A model generated the notes under the pieces. The model was not told the origin of the DNA, did no database searches, and saw only the letters and a program-made list of their open reading frames with translations. DNA of 64,000 bases from Octopus sinensis (taxonomy: Eukaryota): the NCBI RefSeq assembly GCF_006345805.1, contig NC_043005.1:60636001-60700000 (forward strand). The letters run 5' to 3'. The translations under genes were made by a program, and so were the position numbers. Shown piece by piece: positions 1 to 13,716 of the stretch. Within the stretch, counting starts at the first letter, position 1, and each line of letters starts with the position of its first letter.

Positions 1-730
1 CAAAACACGAAAACGTTAAATAAATAATATTTACACAAAACAATTCGATTTGCATTCAATTTGCCAGATCAATTGATGGAGTATTGTAATGCTACCAACA
101 GAATCTTGGCATAATTTAAATGAACTATTGTGTATATCTATTGTAAGAGCCGATCCTTTTTCGGAGTAGGAAAGCGGAGAATGATTTAGCAATGTCCCTT
201 AATAATTGGGCTATTATAAATTGAAGTCCAACATTTCTGATCAGAACCTAATAAGTAATTATATCCTCCACAATATGCATTTTACTTACTGAGGTACTTG
301 ATAGTAATGTTTATACATGCAATTTCTTACAGTATAAGTGAAGGACTTTTTCATGTTTTTTTTTTTCATTGTGGAGTAGGTCTTGTAAGACAATCTTATT
401 TGCTACTGAAATAGTTTTTAGAAATGTGTAGGTAATTATTGTCTAAAACTTGTGATATTGCAATAGGTATACTCTACAGTTCATTGTATTTATCCCAGCG
501 TTATCTACATAACGATTCAGTAATTAATTAGCTAGTTTATTTATGTAAAATCGTTAGATTACCTGAAGTAAACTTCATGTCAAGCAGAGTGGAAATCAAA
601 TTGTTGATCAAACGAAAAACTGACAAACTTACAATTTAGGACGTCTATTATTTGGCTTCCAGTGCTGATGTAACTCTGGGAAATTAGATACGAGCAGAGC
701 GGTTTTTCTAGGATTCTACAATATAAATAT

Positions 731-932
731 TACTATTTTACTCTTTTATTTGTTTCATTAATTTGACTGCGGCCATGCTGGAGCACCGCCCTTGTTGAGC
801 AAATCTACCCCAGGACTTATTCTTTGTAAGCCTAGTACTTATTCTATCAGTCTCTTTGCCGAACCGCTATGTTTCGGGTGCGTGCACACACCAGCAACGA
901 TGTTCTGGGGACAAACACAGACACACAAACAT

Positions 933-1016
<84 letters not shown>

Positions 1017-1178
1017 GACGGGTTTCTTTCAGTTTCCGCCTACCAAGTTCACTCACAAGGCTTTGGTCGGCCCGAGGATATAGTAGAAGACACTTGTCCA
1101 ATTTGCCACGCAGTGGGACTGAACCCGGAAACAGGTGACTGGTAAGCAAGCTACTTACCACACACCCACTCCTGCGCC
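731..1178 (-). mobile_element. tRNA-derived SINE, family A, with internal (CA)n(TA)n tract
   Basis: Minus strand begins GGCGCAGGAGTGGGTGTGTGGTAAG (A-box-like), then GGGTTCAGTCCC (B-box-like). Tail is CCAGCATGGCCGCAGTCAAAT...AAAAGAGTAAAA. At least 6 homologous copies in the window. Confidence 0.9.
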
Positions 1179-1774
1179 TTGAGAAACATTGATCAGTTAT
1201 AAAGGATAACAGAGGATATTCCTGTGCAACAAAATAGTGATAAGAGAACTTTTTATTAAGTATCATGAATCAGGCATCTCAGTTCACACGCTCACTATAA
1301 GTGAAATGTTTTTTTGTAAACTTTTCCGATCATCTAAATTTGAGTGAGAAAGTTTAACACAGAATGGCTGCATTACAAAAATATAATTACTAACATATGC
1401 AAATGAAGTAATTAAGTATTAGTAAATTATAGTTCTCTTTGCATTGAAGAAAACAGAAAGTATAGACAGTATGATTCTCTTTCGTGACGTATGGCGTAAG
1501 TTAATGTATGAAAATTTCACTGCATTACGCATTGGTTCAGAAACAGAGCGACCATGATGTCGTTGCTGATCAAGCACACTACTTGATATCAAAATATCAA
1601 CAAACACATATATGCTCGTAGGCAATTGATCATCAAATATGCATGGTAAGTTACTGTTTCAATCAACACAATTAATACTTTTCCTCAACCGATGCAGATA
1701 AATTTACTCTTGGATTTCCCTCACCCCTCACTCTTTCTCTATCTGAGCTCTCTCTTTCTATCTCTCTCTCTCTT

Positions 1775-1812
<38 letters not shown>

Positions 1813-1874
1813 ATAGGACCTCTTATATGTGTATAGACATACATACACATATATATTTACATGAATATTTATTA

Positions 1875-3350
1875 TTATTATTATCTGATCGGCTGTGGCA
1901 CTTTTGAGTCATCTTCCAGCATGGTCTTGGCCTGTAGCCTCTGCAGGTTCTAGTCTGCCATCAGTCTTGAGTCTGATTTTGGTTTCGTCGTTGTTATTAA
2001 AGACATCCAGCACCATTGCTGAGAAAATCATACTGAAAAGCATAGGTGCGAATTCACGGGCCTACTTGGTTCCGTTACATACAGGTAATTAATTAATGAA
2101 TTTGTTTGAGAAGCCAATCTTTCCACTAACAGTGTCAAAGGTCATGAATATCTCTACTCTTTACTCTTTACTCTTTAATTGTTTCAGTCATTTGACTGCG
2201 GCCATGCTGGAGCACAATCTTTAGTCGAATCAAATCGACCCCAGGACTTATTCTTTGTAAGCCTAGTACTTATTCTATCGGTTTCTTCTGCCGAACCGCT
2301 AAGTTACGGGGACCTAAACACATCGGCATTGGTTGTCAAGCGATGTTGGGGGGGACAAACACAGATACACAGCATATACACATACATACATACATGCATA
2401 TATATATACATGTATATACGATGGGCTTCTTTCAGTTTCCATCTACCAAATTCACTCACACGGCTTTGGTCGTCCTGAGGCTATAGTAGAAGACACTTAC
2501 CCAAGGTGCCACGCAGTGGGATTGAACCTGGTTTCATGTGGTAGGTAAGGAAGCTACTTACCACACAGCCACTCGTCTACAAAAGTCGTGTATAGGTAAC
2601 ATTTCTGTTCATGGCATTCTCCTAAAATTGGCGTATAGCAAAGTTCGTGTCGATTGTTCCACGCAATCTGTCAGAGAATCCACACTGCCACTCATGTGAT
2701 GAGAGAATTGGTTAAGGAGGTATGTTAAGGAGAGAAATTCTTCAGTATTGTCGCATGACTGCCTGTTTCCTTTTCTCTTGTAGGAATAGACAACAGAAGC
2801 ATCCTTGAACTCCCGAGGTTCTACTTTCTATTGTCATAGTATCTGAAAGAGATTGTTGTTAATAATACTGTTCTCCCTACCTTGTATATTTTAGTTGGGA
2901 TCGAGTACCTAGAGCCTAGTGCTGAACCTGTGCCTAGCCTCGTGCCTAGCTATTTGAGAGAAACTTAATTGCTTTCTGTAACTCTGCCTACTTTGGAGGA
3001 TCCGCCACACAGATGTTGACGCCAAATTGGAAGATGCAAACAATAACGTCAAAGTGGACAGAGGAAGTGTTCCGGATGTTGTTGAAATGCTCTGCCCAAC
3101 TTTCGTCTTTTTTTTTTTGTCACTGAAAAGAGTGGTCCCGTCAGCATTGAGCAATAGTGATGTTCCAGAGGACTGTGTCTCGCAATTTGCTTTTGCAGAA
3201 TCTCAAGAGCGCTTAGAATTATTGTCAGCGTACATCTGTATCACATAGACTTCATGCTTCTCCTCGACCAAATTCTGAATTTCCTCCTCGTCGTCGTCGA
3301 ATAAACACTTGATATCTACGTGTATTCTGGCCCAGATGCGAGGGTGCAGT
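1875..3350 (-). pseudogene. Degenerate RTE-clade LINE (RT region), interrupted by a SINE at 2153-2574
   Basis: Minus-strand translation gives CLFDDDEEEIQNLVEEKH, LLNADGTTLFSDKK, REFKDASVVYSYKRKGNRQSCDN, WQCGF...GTIDTNFAIRQ and, beyond the SINE, APMLFSMIFSAMVLDVF...KTDGRL...LQAKT. These are RTE/BovB-type RT motifs with stops and frameshifts. Confidence 0.8.
2153..2574 (-). mobile_element. SINE family A nested in RTE relic
   Basis: Homologous to 731-1178; 3' tail of (TAAAGAG)n repeats. Confidence 0.9.
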
Positions 3351-3823
3351 GTTGTACATCATGTGTCTGAACACCACCTAGGCCCATTTTGCTCCCTTCG
3401 TACCAGTATTTACACTCATATACAAACACACTTCCACACACATACAAATACTCATACGCATATAAGCAAGCACACACATAGTCAGACCTGGTTCACTCCT
3501 ATCTCAACAATAATATAACGACATTAGAATGAAGAAAGATTTTTTGTAATCTTCATATATTTTGCGTGGTTTGCGAGATTTGTTTTAGGCTTGAGTTATA
3601 TCATTTCTTTATGGTTATTTCTGGTTTGCACACATATTTTATACATAACGTAACTTAGTAAATACCACCGTAATAACTAAGTTGAAGCATTCTGGTTGTT
3701 ATGCTTTCACTACGTCTAATAAACCTATTTTCGTTCTACTTTGTTTTAGGATTAAATACTTTGTTATTAATAGGGATTAAATCTATTCAAGCTAGAGAAA
3801 AACTTACAATAATATACATTTAT

Positions 3824-4412
<589 letters not shown>

Positions 4413-5248
4413 ATATGATTGTTTATTCACCATTTGTGACATAGGCTGCCATGTTTTTTTATTATTGGTGCTTGATAGAGAAGATTAATTTATTGGCTAT
4501 CAAAATGTGTTGTTGGATAGTGATAAATCCATTAGTTTATACATGAAGTTCATAAAGTTTCATAAGTTGAGTCTTAATCTTGCCGTGATTTACAATTGCA
4601 ACCTACTGTTAATCGTCGACAAATTCAAATTGCTATACACAGCACGTTCTACTTAAAAGTAAGAAGACTATCAAAAGAAATAACATCGATAAAGTTAATT
4701 GTTATACACTGCGCATTTTATTAAAGAAGATAGTTCACAGATGCTACGAGCCACTATGACATCGTCTGCATTGTTAGAAATAGCAATGAATTTCCCCCTT
4801 CAAAAAACCCCTATAGATTACAAGAGGACACGGAATGAAAAAAATACGGAGGATCAACCCAGTGGTGTGTTCAAGTTTATATTACAAATCTCTTATTGAT
4901 CCACGATTATCAAAGCGCACAACAAATCTATCTTGGTTTCTTAGTCCTACATATAAGAACATGTACAAGTATATTTCGTTAATAGCTGGGTAAGGAGAAA
5001 TCAATACATTCATTTATTACTTGAACTGGTTGTTCATATTATATATTTGTACTGGTAAGTCGATGGAATGGCAAAATTGTCGGATGAAATGCATTTGCCG
5101 TATTACTTCAGGTTCTTTAAGTTATGCATTCAAGTCACAATGAGATTAATTTGCCATTTCATTCCACCAGAATCCATAAAATAGGGTGCTCGTCACATTC
5201 AGAAATTCAAGGTAACTAGTAGCATAATAATAATAGCGATGATAATAA

Positions 5249-5739
5249 TGGAAATCACGGCCTAGAGTGAGCAAAGAAGTGGCATGAGCGAAACCCAGAA
5301 TGGGTCAACAAGATTGAGAACTGCAAAATCCGGTGGGATGCAATATTCCAGGGCGATCACATGACCAAATATCGGAAACCGGACATTGTGGTGGTGAATA
5401 AAAAGGAAACCATATGTATGATAATCAACATAACGTGCCCCGGTGACAAGGGGATCAGTTAAAAATAAGAGGAAAATGTAAACAGCTATGACGATTTGAA
5501 GTGGGAAATGCGAAGGTTGTGGTAATTAGTGCACTTGGAAGTATCAGCATTCAACAACACGGCTTAAAAAGATTGATGCAATTATGAAGGTAGAACACCT
5601 ACAAAGATCAGCATTGCTTGGAACTGCAAGAATTCTTCCCAGGGTTCTTGAAGCATGACCAGTAAGCGTTACCTAAGTCTGCTGGCTGTGGACAGCTGGC
5701 ACATTCAATCATACCCAATAAGATACGCTGTGAGTTTTC

Positions 5740-5742
<3 letters not shown>
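5249..5742 (+). mobile_element. 5'-truncated R4/Dong-like LINE 3' end (family Y)
   Basis: Translates as CKIRWD...KYRKPDIVVVNKKETICMIINITCPGD...EHLQRSALLGTARIL.RVLEA* (RLE domain). A roughly 85-nt 3' UTR follows, then (TAA)n. Confidence 0.85.
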
Positions 5743-5795
<53 letters not shown>

Positions 5796-5851
5796 TTAAT
5801 AATAATAATAATAATGATAATAGTAATAATAATAATAGTAATAATAATAAT
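5743..5851. repeat. (TAA)n microsatellite, followed by (TTTTC)n
   Basis: Directly visible. Confidence 0.97.
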
Positions 5852-6452
5852 TTTTCTTTTTCTTTCTTTTCTTTTCTTTTCTTTTCTTTTCTTTTCTTTG
5901 CTTCCTCCCAGAATATTCAAATATAAATGTAAACATATACTTTTTATTGTAAAAACACACCTGTTCTTCTAACTGGACATACAAACATCTCTAGAAAAGT
6001 CAACTTCAACCTCCACAATATTACCTTACAGGAAATATACAAACACTTTTTATTGCAATAACACAAACGCACGTGGAAAAAAAAAAAAAAAAAAAAAAAC
6101 TGATGATGCTACGATTCTCTCTGGTCGAACACAACTTCTCTATTCACAAACAATACAGAACCGCCCTTCCTTAATTTTTCTTAAGCCTAATAATAGTAAA
6201 CATCTGAACTTTTTTTGACCTAAAAAAAAAAAAGACAGTCAGCCAGCCAACGAGACAGACAGACACTACTGTGATGGTGATAATGATAAAAAAAACAAAA
6301 ATAAAAATAATAAGATACTGCTGTGACTGCACATAAAACAATATCATTGATGATGGTGGTGCTGATGGTGATGGTGATGATGATAATGATGATGGTAATG
6401 GTGGTGATAATGATGATAGTGATGGTAATGGTGATGATAATAACAATAATAA

Positions 6453-9400
6453 GCCGACTACGGCTGCTATAATGGTACGATTATAATTGTAACGGCAATG
6501 ATGGCCGTCTCCCCACGAGCCAATCAAAGCTAAAAAAATGATAACATTATCGTAGCACCAAAATGTTTTGGAAACTAAAAGGAAAACTAAATCAGTATAC
6601 CAAATCGCTTGTCCTATGGTTAATCTGGAAGCGCGTCCCCCAGGGAAGAGCCAGCCTGGGATCGAAAAGTCATCAACTGGCACAAACTCTTCTCCGAATA
6701 CGGACATGGATGGTCACTTGAACGGGAAATCCCCCAACTCGAGCCCTCCAAGTTCACCACCACAACCACCACAGAAAGAAAAATGTAAGCGGAACAAATG
6801 GACCCGAGAAGAGTATAAAGAAGTAATATACGCTTATTACTATGCATTAGGTAGGCCATCTCAAGAGAGACACACCGCAAACTCTTACAGTATATGGAGA
6901 ACACGGAATCAAGACAGTAGGCCCTATTTGGACGAGAACAAATTAGCAAATGTGAGGAGGGATATCTTTAGAAATAACAGACTCACAGACAGTGAAATAA
7001 GCGCGATCAAGCACGCAACGGAAAATGACATAAATATAAGACACAAAGGAAATGAAGAATCAGATGAACAGTATAGCCCGTCACGAGGCTTAATTGAAAG
7101 ACTGCCATCTGACCAAAGTACGCAAAGGCCTGAAGATACAAGAAATTTTATTGTACCTGTTAAAGATAGCCAGGAAAACGAAAAAACAACAGTAACTGAA
7201 GATCTCGCATTTGCTGAAGAACACAGAGAGTCTATAGCAGAAATGAGGCAGAAAATCCTGAATACGCTTGAAGTTGTAAGACATACAAGTATGAATGATA
7301 GAGAACCGCTTCATAAACTCTCAAATACAAACCAAAATAAAAAACAAATCCAAATTGGCAACTATGTAACAAATGAAATAATACGAGAATTAAAACCTGA
7401 TTTTACTGAGTTAAATGAAATTATTTACGCTTCTGCTACGGCAATTGAAACCAGCTGTATGCCGCCGAAAAAACAAAGAAAACAAAACCCGGGAAGAAAT
7501 CAAACCTGGAGAAGTAAAATTGAAAAAGAGATTGAATTTATGAGAGGGGAAATATCAATATTAAATGAACTAATATGTGGAAATGATGTAAGATCCAGAA
7601 CAGGAAGAAAGATGAAGAGAAAATTTGGATCCTCACCAAGAGAAGAACTGATATCAATAAAAGAAACGCTGAAACAAAAAGTCCAAGCAAAAGCCCAAAG
7701 AATACGAAGATTTGAGAAGAGAAACAAGTTTTACAAGCAAAATAAGCTGTTCACATCCAATGCCAAAAAATTCTACAGAGAAATAGGGAAGGAGAAAGTA
7801 ACCGTTAAAGACCCCCCTCCCATGGAAGAAGTTCAAAACTTTTGGAAAAGGATTTGGAGTGACAAGAAGACGTACAACATAAATGCAGACTGTATTATAC
7901 AAACTGAAGGATCCTACCAAAATTTACAACAACAAGCATGGGAAGACATCACAATAGCAGACCTAAGAAAGGCACTCACGAAGGCCCATAATTGGAAATC
8001 ACCCGGTAAAGATAGGGTGCCGAATTTCTGGCTCGCATCGCTCCCGTGCGCACACGGTAAGCTAGTTCAGCTGCTCAATGGAATTATGAGAGACCCAAAG
8101 AAAACACCTGAATGGTTAGCAAGTGGCATTACTTACCTACTCCCAAAGAATAACGAAACCAACCTTCCAAAAAACTATCGGCCTATTACCTGTCTATCCA
8201 CCACGTATAAAATCCTAACATCTATCCTGGCGGAGAAAACATATGCATTCATGGAGAAGAACGATATTTTCCCCATTGAACAAAAAGGGTGCCGCCGAGG
8301 CTCTTACGGATGCAAAGATCAACTGCTAATCAATCGTATGATCCTTGAGAACTGTCACAACAAGCGCAGAAATCTCAGCACCGCATGGATTGACTATAAA
8401 AAGGCCTTCGACAGTATACCGCATTCATGGATCTTGAGATCGCTGGACATCTTCAAAATTTCCCCTGTGATTTCAAACTTCCTGAAGCACAATATGTCGT
8501 TGTGGAATACGAATCTCCAATTATACCACTCTAATGGAGTACTTGCCTCACAAAATATAAACATCAACAGTGGAATTTTTCAAGGTGACTCACTTTCACC
8601 TTTAATATTCTGCATAGCCCTAATACCCCTTACAAGTGAATTAAACAGAACAAGGTATGGGTATAAAATTGCCAATAAAAAAATAAGCCGTCTATTTTAT
8701 ATGGATGACTTAAAACTTTATGGTAAAGACAATAATGTTAGTTAGTTAGTTAGTTATGAACTTGAAGGCCTATTGCGCACCGTGAAATCATTCAGCGATG
8801 ACATCGGGATGGAGTTTGGACTTGAGAAGTGTGCCAAGGCCACTTTCCAGAAAGGGAAAGTGAAGACCACAAATTCAGTCGTGTTAGATGTTGACACAGT
8901 CATAAGAGAGCTTGAGCAAGAACAAACTTACAAATATTTAGGGATAAATGAAGGCTCTGGTATTCAGCATGCAAGCATGAAAGAGAAAATCAGGAAGGAA
9001 TGTTATAGGAGAGTTCGTGCAGTCCTGAAATCTGAACTAAATGCACGTAACAAGGTGTTAGCTATAAATTCCCTAGTAGTTCCAGTTGTTACTTATAGCT
9101 ACAACGTGTTGAACTGGAATATGAGTGAAGTAAAGAATATAAATAGAAAAATACGCAAGCTGCTGAGTTGTAATAGGATGCACCACCCAAAGGCAGACGT
9201 AGATCGCCTTTACCTTCCCAGAGCCCAAGGAGGTCGAGGCCTGATCCAATTTGAACTAGCTTACAAAACAACCACAATTGGACTGGCCAAATATCTCGAA
9301 ATATCGAATGACTGGATGCTAAAGCTCGTGGAAAATCACGAGAGACGAAAGAAGCTTCATTCTATCATCAAGGAAAGCAAAAAATTTGCTATTGATCTCG

Positions 9401-10452
9401 TGCAGGATACCCAAACTGAACAACCCGAGGGAAGTACGGCAACTATTGTTGCAAAGGAGGTGAAAATGATGGCAATGAAAAAAGCGCACGAGCAATTGGC
9501 TGATAGGTGGGAGGAGAAACCTCTGCACGGCAAATATGTGACCCGCAGCAAACAAGCTGATGTTGACCAGAAGCAAACCCATCAGTGGCTGCGGAGCTCA
9601 GGGCTAAAAGCAGAGAGCGAAGGTTTCATCCTGGCTGCTCAAGACCAAAGCCTATCAACCCGGAACTACCAGGCCAATGTGATGAAAAATGGAGCAGACC
9701 CAAAATGCCGATTCTGCAACGACATGATTGAAACAGTGGACCACCTAATCTCTGGATGTAAAGTCTTAGCTCCAGTGGAGTATAAATTAAGACATGACAG
9801 AGTTGGCCAATATCTCCACTGGCTAATAAGTCGGCATTACAATATCAAAACTGCCGACAAGTGGTATAATCACCACCCTGAGGCTGTAACTGAAGGAGAA
9901 AATGTAACCATTCTGTGGGACTTTCCAGTACATACAAACCGAACCATCAAGGCCAATAAACCAGATATTGTTGTGAAAGACCAAAACAATAATGTTTGCT
10001 TATTGATCGACATGAGCATCCCCTGTGATCATAATATCTCAGCGAAAGAGTTTGACAAGCTCAGAAAATATAAAGACCTACTCATTGAAATTGAGAAAAT
10101 GTGGCATTTCAAGGCGGTTACAATACCAGTGATCGTAGGAGCACTAGGAATGATCAAGAAGGGAACCGAAAATTATATGAGAATGATCCCTGGCTTACCA
10201 TCCCTGCAAGAAGTGCAAAAGATTGTCTTAACTGGTACATCACACGTATTGAGAAGAGCATTGTCGATGTGAGAACTGTTGCTGATCATGCATTTTAATT
10301 TAACTTTAAAAAAAAAAAATAAAATAAAAAAATGAACGAACTACTGAGTTTGGTTTAATGGCCTACCAATATACACTATGAGTTTCTTTGCCCTAGGAGT
10401 CGGGAAGACACTCGGCAAGAAATGGAAGAAAATTTGAAAGAAGAAAAAAAAA

Positions 10453-10453
<1 letters not shown>
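6453..10453 (+). mobile_element. Near full-length R4/Dong-like non-LTR retrotransposon
   Basis: Preceded by a degenerate triplet tract ending ATAATAACAATAATAA and followed by (TAA)n at 10454-10500. Single long ORF with RT, CCHC and RLE; 3' UTR about 180 nt. Confidence 0.92.
6616..10272 (+). pseudogene. RT-RLE polyprotein (~1,211 aa once the 21-nt insertion is removed); one in-frame TAG at 8743-8745
   Basis: ORFs 6568-8745 and 8773-10272 are in the same frame. Motifs: KWTREEY (Myb-like), NYRPITCL, WIDYKKAFDS, GIFQGDSLSP, FYMDDLKLY, CRFC..ETVDHLISGC, RHD, NKPDIVV..LIDMSIP..K..KY. Confidence 0.92.
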
Positions 10454-10486
<33 letters not shown>

Positions 10487-10519
10487 TAATAATAATAATA
10501 TCTGACAGACAGATAGATG

Positions 10520-10905
10520 CGAATATATTATATTGAAAGATATAAACGTATTAGTCAAGACCTACCAAAAACTGAGCAAGTATAAAGATCTTGAAATAGA
10601 AATTAGCAAAATGTGGAACCTGAAGTCGAAAACAATACCTGATGTCATAGGTGCCCTAGGAATGATAGCAAAAGGAACTGATTCCTGCCAAGCTCAGATA
10701 CCAGGAAATCCCCAAATGTCACAAATTCAAAAGATAGTGCTCATGGGAAATCACCATATCCTACGTAAAATGCTGTCTATGTAATCTCAAATTTTAAAAC
10801 AAATTCATAATTTTCTTATGTTTTCTGAAGCATTCTCTAAGAGCAATACTATGTGCAAAACCAAATATATGATACCCTAGGCATAATACTAACATGAGTT
10901 TCTAA
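10520..10905 (+). mobile_element. 5'-truncated R4/Dong-like 3' end
   Basis: ORF 10533-10784 KLSKYKDLEIEISKMW...IGALGMI...IQKIVLMG..HILRKMLSM*, directly after (TAA)n. Confidence 0.85.
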
Positions 10906-10910
10906 TTTTT

Positions 10911-11130
10911 AGTGCTGATATCAGAATAGAATTTGCACTGAAAAGGTGTGGTGTTTTAGACTTGAAGAGAGGCAAAAACAAATGTATAGTGATATCGTCG
11001 GGGGGAGGTTATGAAGCAAATAGAAGAGACAGGCTATAAGTATTTGAGGATATTGGAAATGGATAAATTGATGAAGAAATGACAGAAGAGTTTATGGTGG
11101 AGTACTTGCGCAAACAGAGAATGAAATAAG
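10911..11130 (+). mobile_element. Internal RT fragment of an R4/Dong-like LINE
   Basis: SADIRIEFALKRCGVLDLKRGK...[13 protein letters not shown]; clearly similar by eye to 13480-13716 on the minus strand. Confidence 0.7.
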
Positions 11131-11159
11131 TAAATGAATAAACGAATACTGACACACAT

Positions 11160-11665
<506 letters not shown>

Positions 11666-12094
11666 GTATTCGCAAACGATATATGCAGAAATACATTCAT
11701 TATGCTCGAACGTCGTATGATATTTCATCTTAAGTTATAGCGTCAGCACTTTCACCAAGTTGATGACGCATCGACTTTCACTTGTCTATATGTCTACATA
11801 TTTATTTAAATATATCTACATATTTATTTGAACATTTCAATTTGTTAGACTTCCTAGTCTGCATCACGCATAATGTAAGACAGGCAGGAACGTCTATATC
11901 TGCATTAGCAGCCTCTCCCGTGACTGATAAGTGGTTGACGACGACATTCCTCTCAGAGAAACAGTCAAGCAGTTTGTAAACTTTCAAAATTGCAGAAGTA
12001 CGTAGATGATCACGTTTAACTCTGACTGTAGGCGTGTGATAGACAAAGTCTTTTATTCAACTGCGTCGTTGAAATGCGGCTGATAAATAAATGT

Positions 12095-12165
12095 CAGTTC
12101 AAAATCCGCCAAGACTGATTTTACCATTCATCCTTTCAGGTTCGATAAAGTAAGTACCAGATGAG
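12095..12165 (+). mobile_element. SINE family B fragment (central domain)
   Basis: GTTCAAAATCCGCC...TTCATCCTTTCAGGTTCGATAAAGTAAGTACCAG matches the copies at 30678 and 33565. Confidence 0.7.
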
Positions 12166-12231
12166 TACTAAGAGACAGACATCCCCTAGCTAAAATTTGA
12201 AACCATTATTTTGTACCAAAATTTGATACCA

Positions 12232-12306
12232 TTCTTCTTCTTCTTCTTCTTCTTCTTCTTCTTCTTCTTCTTCTTCTTCTTCTTCTTCTTCTTCTTCTTC
12301 TTCTTC
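12232..12306. repeat. (TTC)25, i.e. (GAA)n 3' flank of the minus-strand LINE
   Basis: Perfect repeat abutting the element 3' end. Confidence 0.97.
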
Positions 12307-13716
12307 TATTGCGCAGCTTCTAACGCTGGTGATGTTCTACGGTGTCAGTTGTTCACTATCAGTGAACTAAGGCAACACTCCTTATTTTTCGAGCACCATC
12401 CGGAGTATTCGAGCGGTCCCAAACAGTGATGTTCTCTGCAAGTGCTCCGCCCTCAGTGCAGCCCCTATTTGTTCCATGTACTTCTCAATATTTTTGCTCA
12501 CTGTTCCCAAGGATCCGACAATTATTGGTACTACCCCATTTTTCAGCGACCAGTAATACCTAACCTCCCAAGCTAACCTGTCATATATATCGACTTCTTT
12601 TTCTTCCTTATCGCATACATTGCTGTCAGCTCGGCATGCTATGTCTATGAACCAACATCGTTTGCTTTCTATCACAATTAACACTATGTCTAGTTTTCTA
12701 TTCTCTATCTCACGGTCGCACTGAAACATAAAATCCCATAGAATCTATGCATTATCATTTTCGATGATGCCTTCAGGTTTATGTTCGTGCCACGTTTTTG
12801 CTCTGTCTAGTCCATACTTGTTGCAAGGCGTCCAATGAACAGTCCTTGCTATATTGCCATGTCGTCTTCGATATCCTTTCTGGGATAGTGGCTACATTGA
12901 CTGGTAATATGCTATGCTGTTCATCATTTTGTCCACAAATTCTACACTTATCACTTTCTGATGGGTTGTTATTCTCTATTTGATGTAATTGTTTCTTAAT
13001 ACCAGCTCGTGGGCAGCACAGATTGGAGCCTCCGTTCCGGTTCTAAATCGCTTCTAGTAATCCATAGCTACCTTCTTTCTCCGTCTGTCTCATCTTCAGC
13101 ATCGCTATGAAATTGTCCATGCATTCATTTCTTTATCCACCTATTTTCAATTTCATTTATTCTCAAGAGCCCGTAAAGAGCTTTATCCTTGCAGTTGTCC
13201 ATCTTACACTAGCCCCGACCTTCTTACTTCCAATAATAGCGGTTCTGTGGCATATTTTACATATCATGCTATGTTGTTTTCTTCTGCTCTAGTGTTGTAT
13301 TCACATCCAATCAGTCCTCGTCCTCCTCTTTTTCTCTGAACATATAGTCTGTCTGTGTCACATTTTGGTTGGAGTATTCCATAAATAGTCAGCAACTTCC
13401 TTGTCTAGCTGACTAAGCTGTTTAGTTCGTCTACTGTCCATGCGATTACCTCTGCTCCATATCTAAGAATTGTAACTGCCCAGGTGTGGATAGCTTCAAT
13501 CTTATTCCGTCCGTTTAATTTCGACTTAAGTATCAATCACTGTCTGCGCCAGTACTCCTCCTTAAATTTTTCTGTCATTTCTTTCTCCATCAATTTATCC
13601 GTTTCCAGTATCCCCAAGTATTTATTGCCCGTCTCTTCTGCTTGTTTCCTAACCTCCCCCGGTGGTATCGCGAGTCCATACATTTGATTTTACCTCTGTT
13701 CGAGACTAAAACACCA
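12307..13716 (-). mobile_element. 5'-truncated degenerate R4/Dong-like LINE
   Basis: ORF 12382-12729: RKLDIVLI..CWFIDIACRAD...PIIVGSLGTVS...LQRTSLFGTARILRMVLEK*. RT thumb-region remnants upstream. Confidence 0.85.

Noticed and set aside
6453-6615. HDV-like ribozyme in the 5' UTR, as known for R2
   Set aside because: A TCCCCAC loop-like motif is present, but I could not find a P1 partner or the nested pseudoknot by eye. An RNArobo/Infernal scan would settle it.
6620-9582. Antisense ORFs overlapping the LINE ORFs (also 44301-45072 and 54044-56996)
   Set aside because: Short shadow ORFs expected opposite a long coding frame; no motifs.
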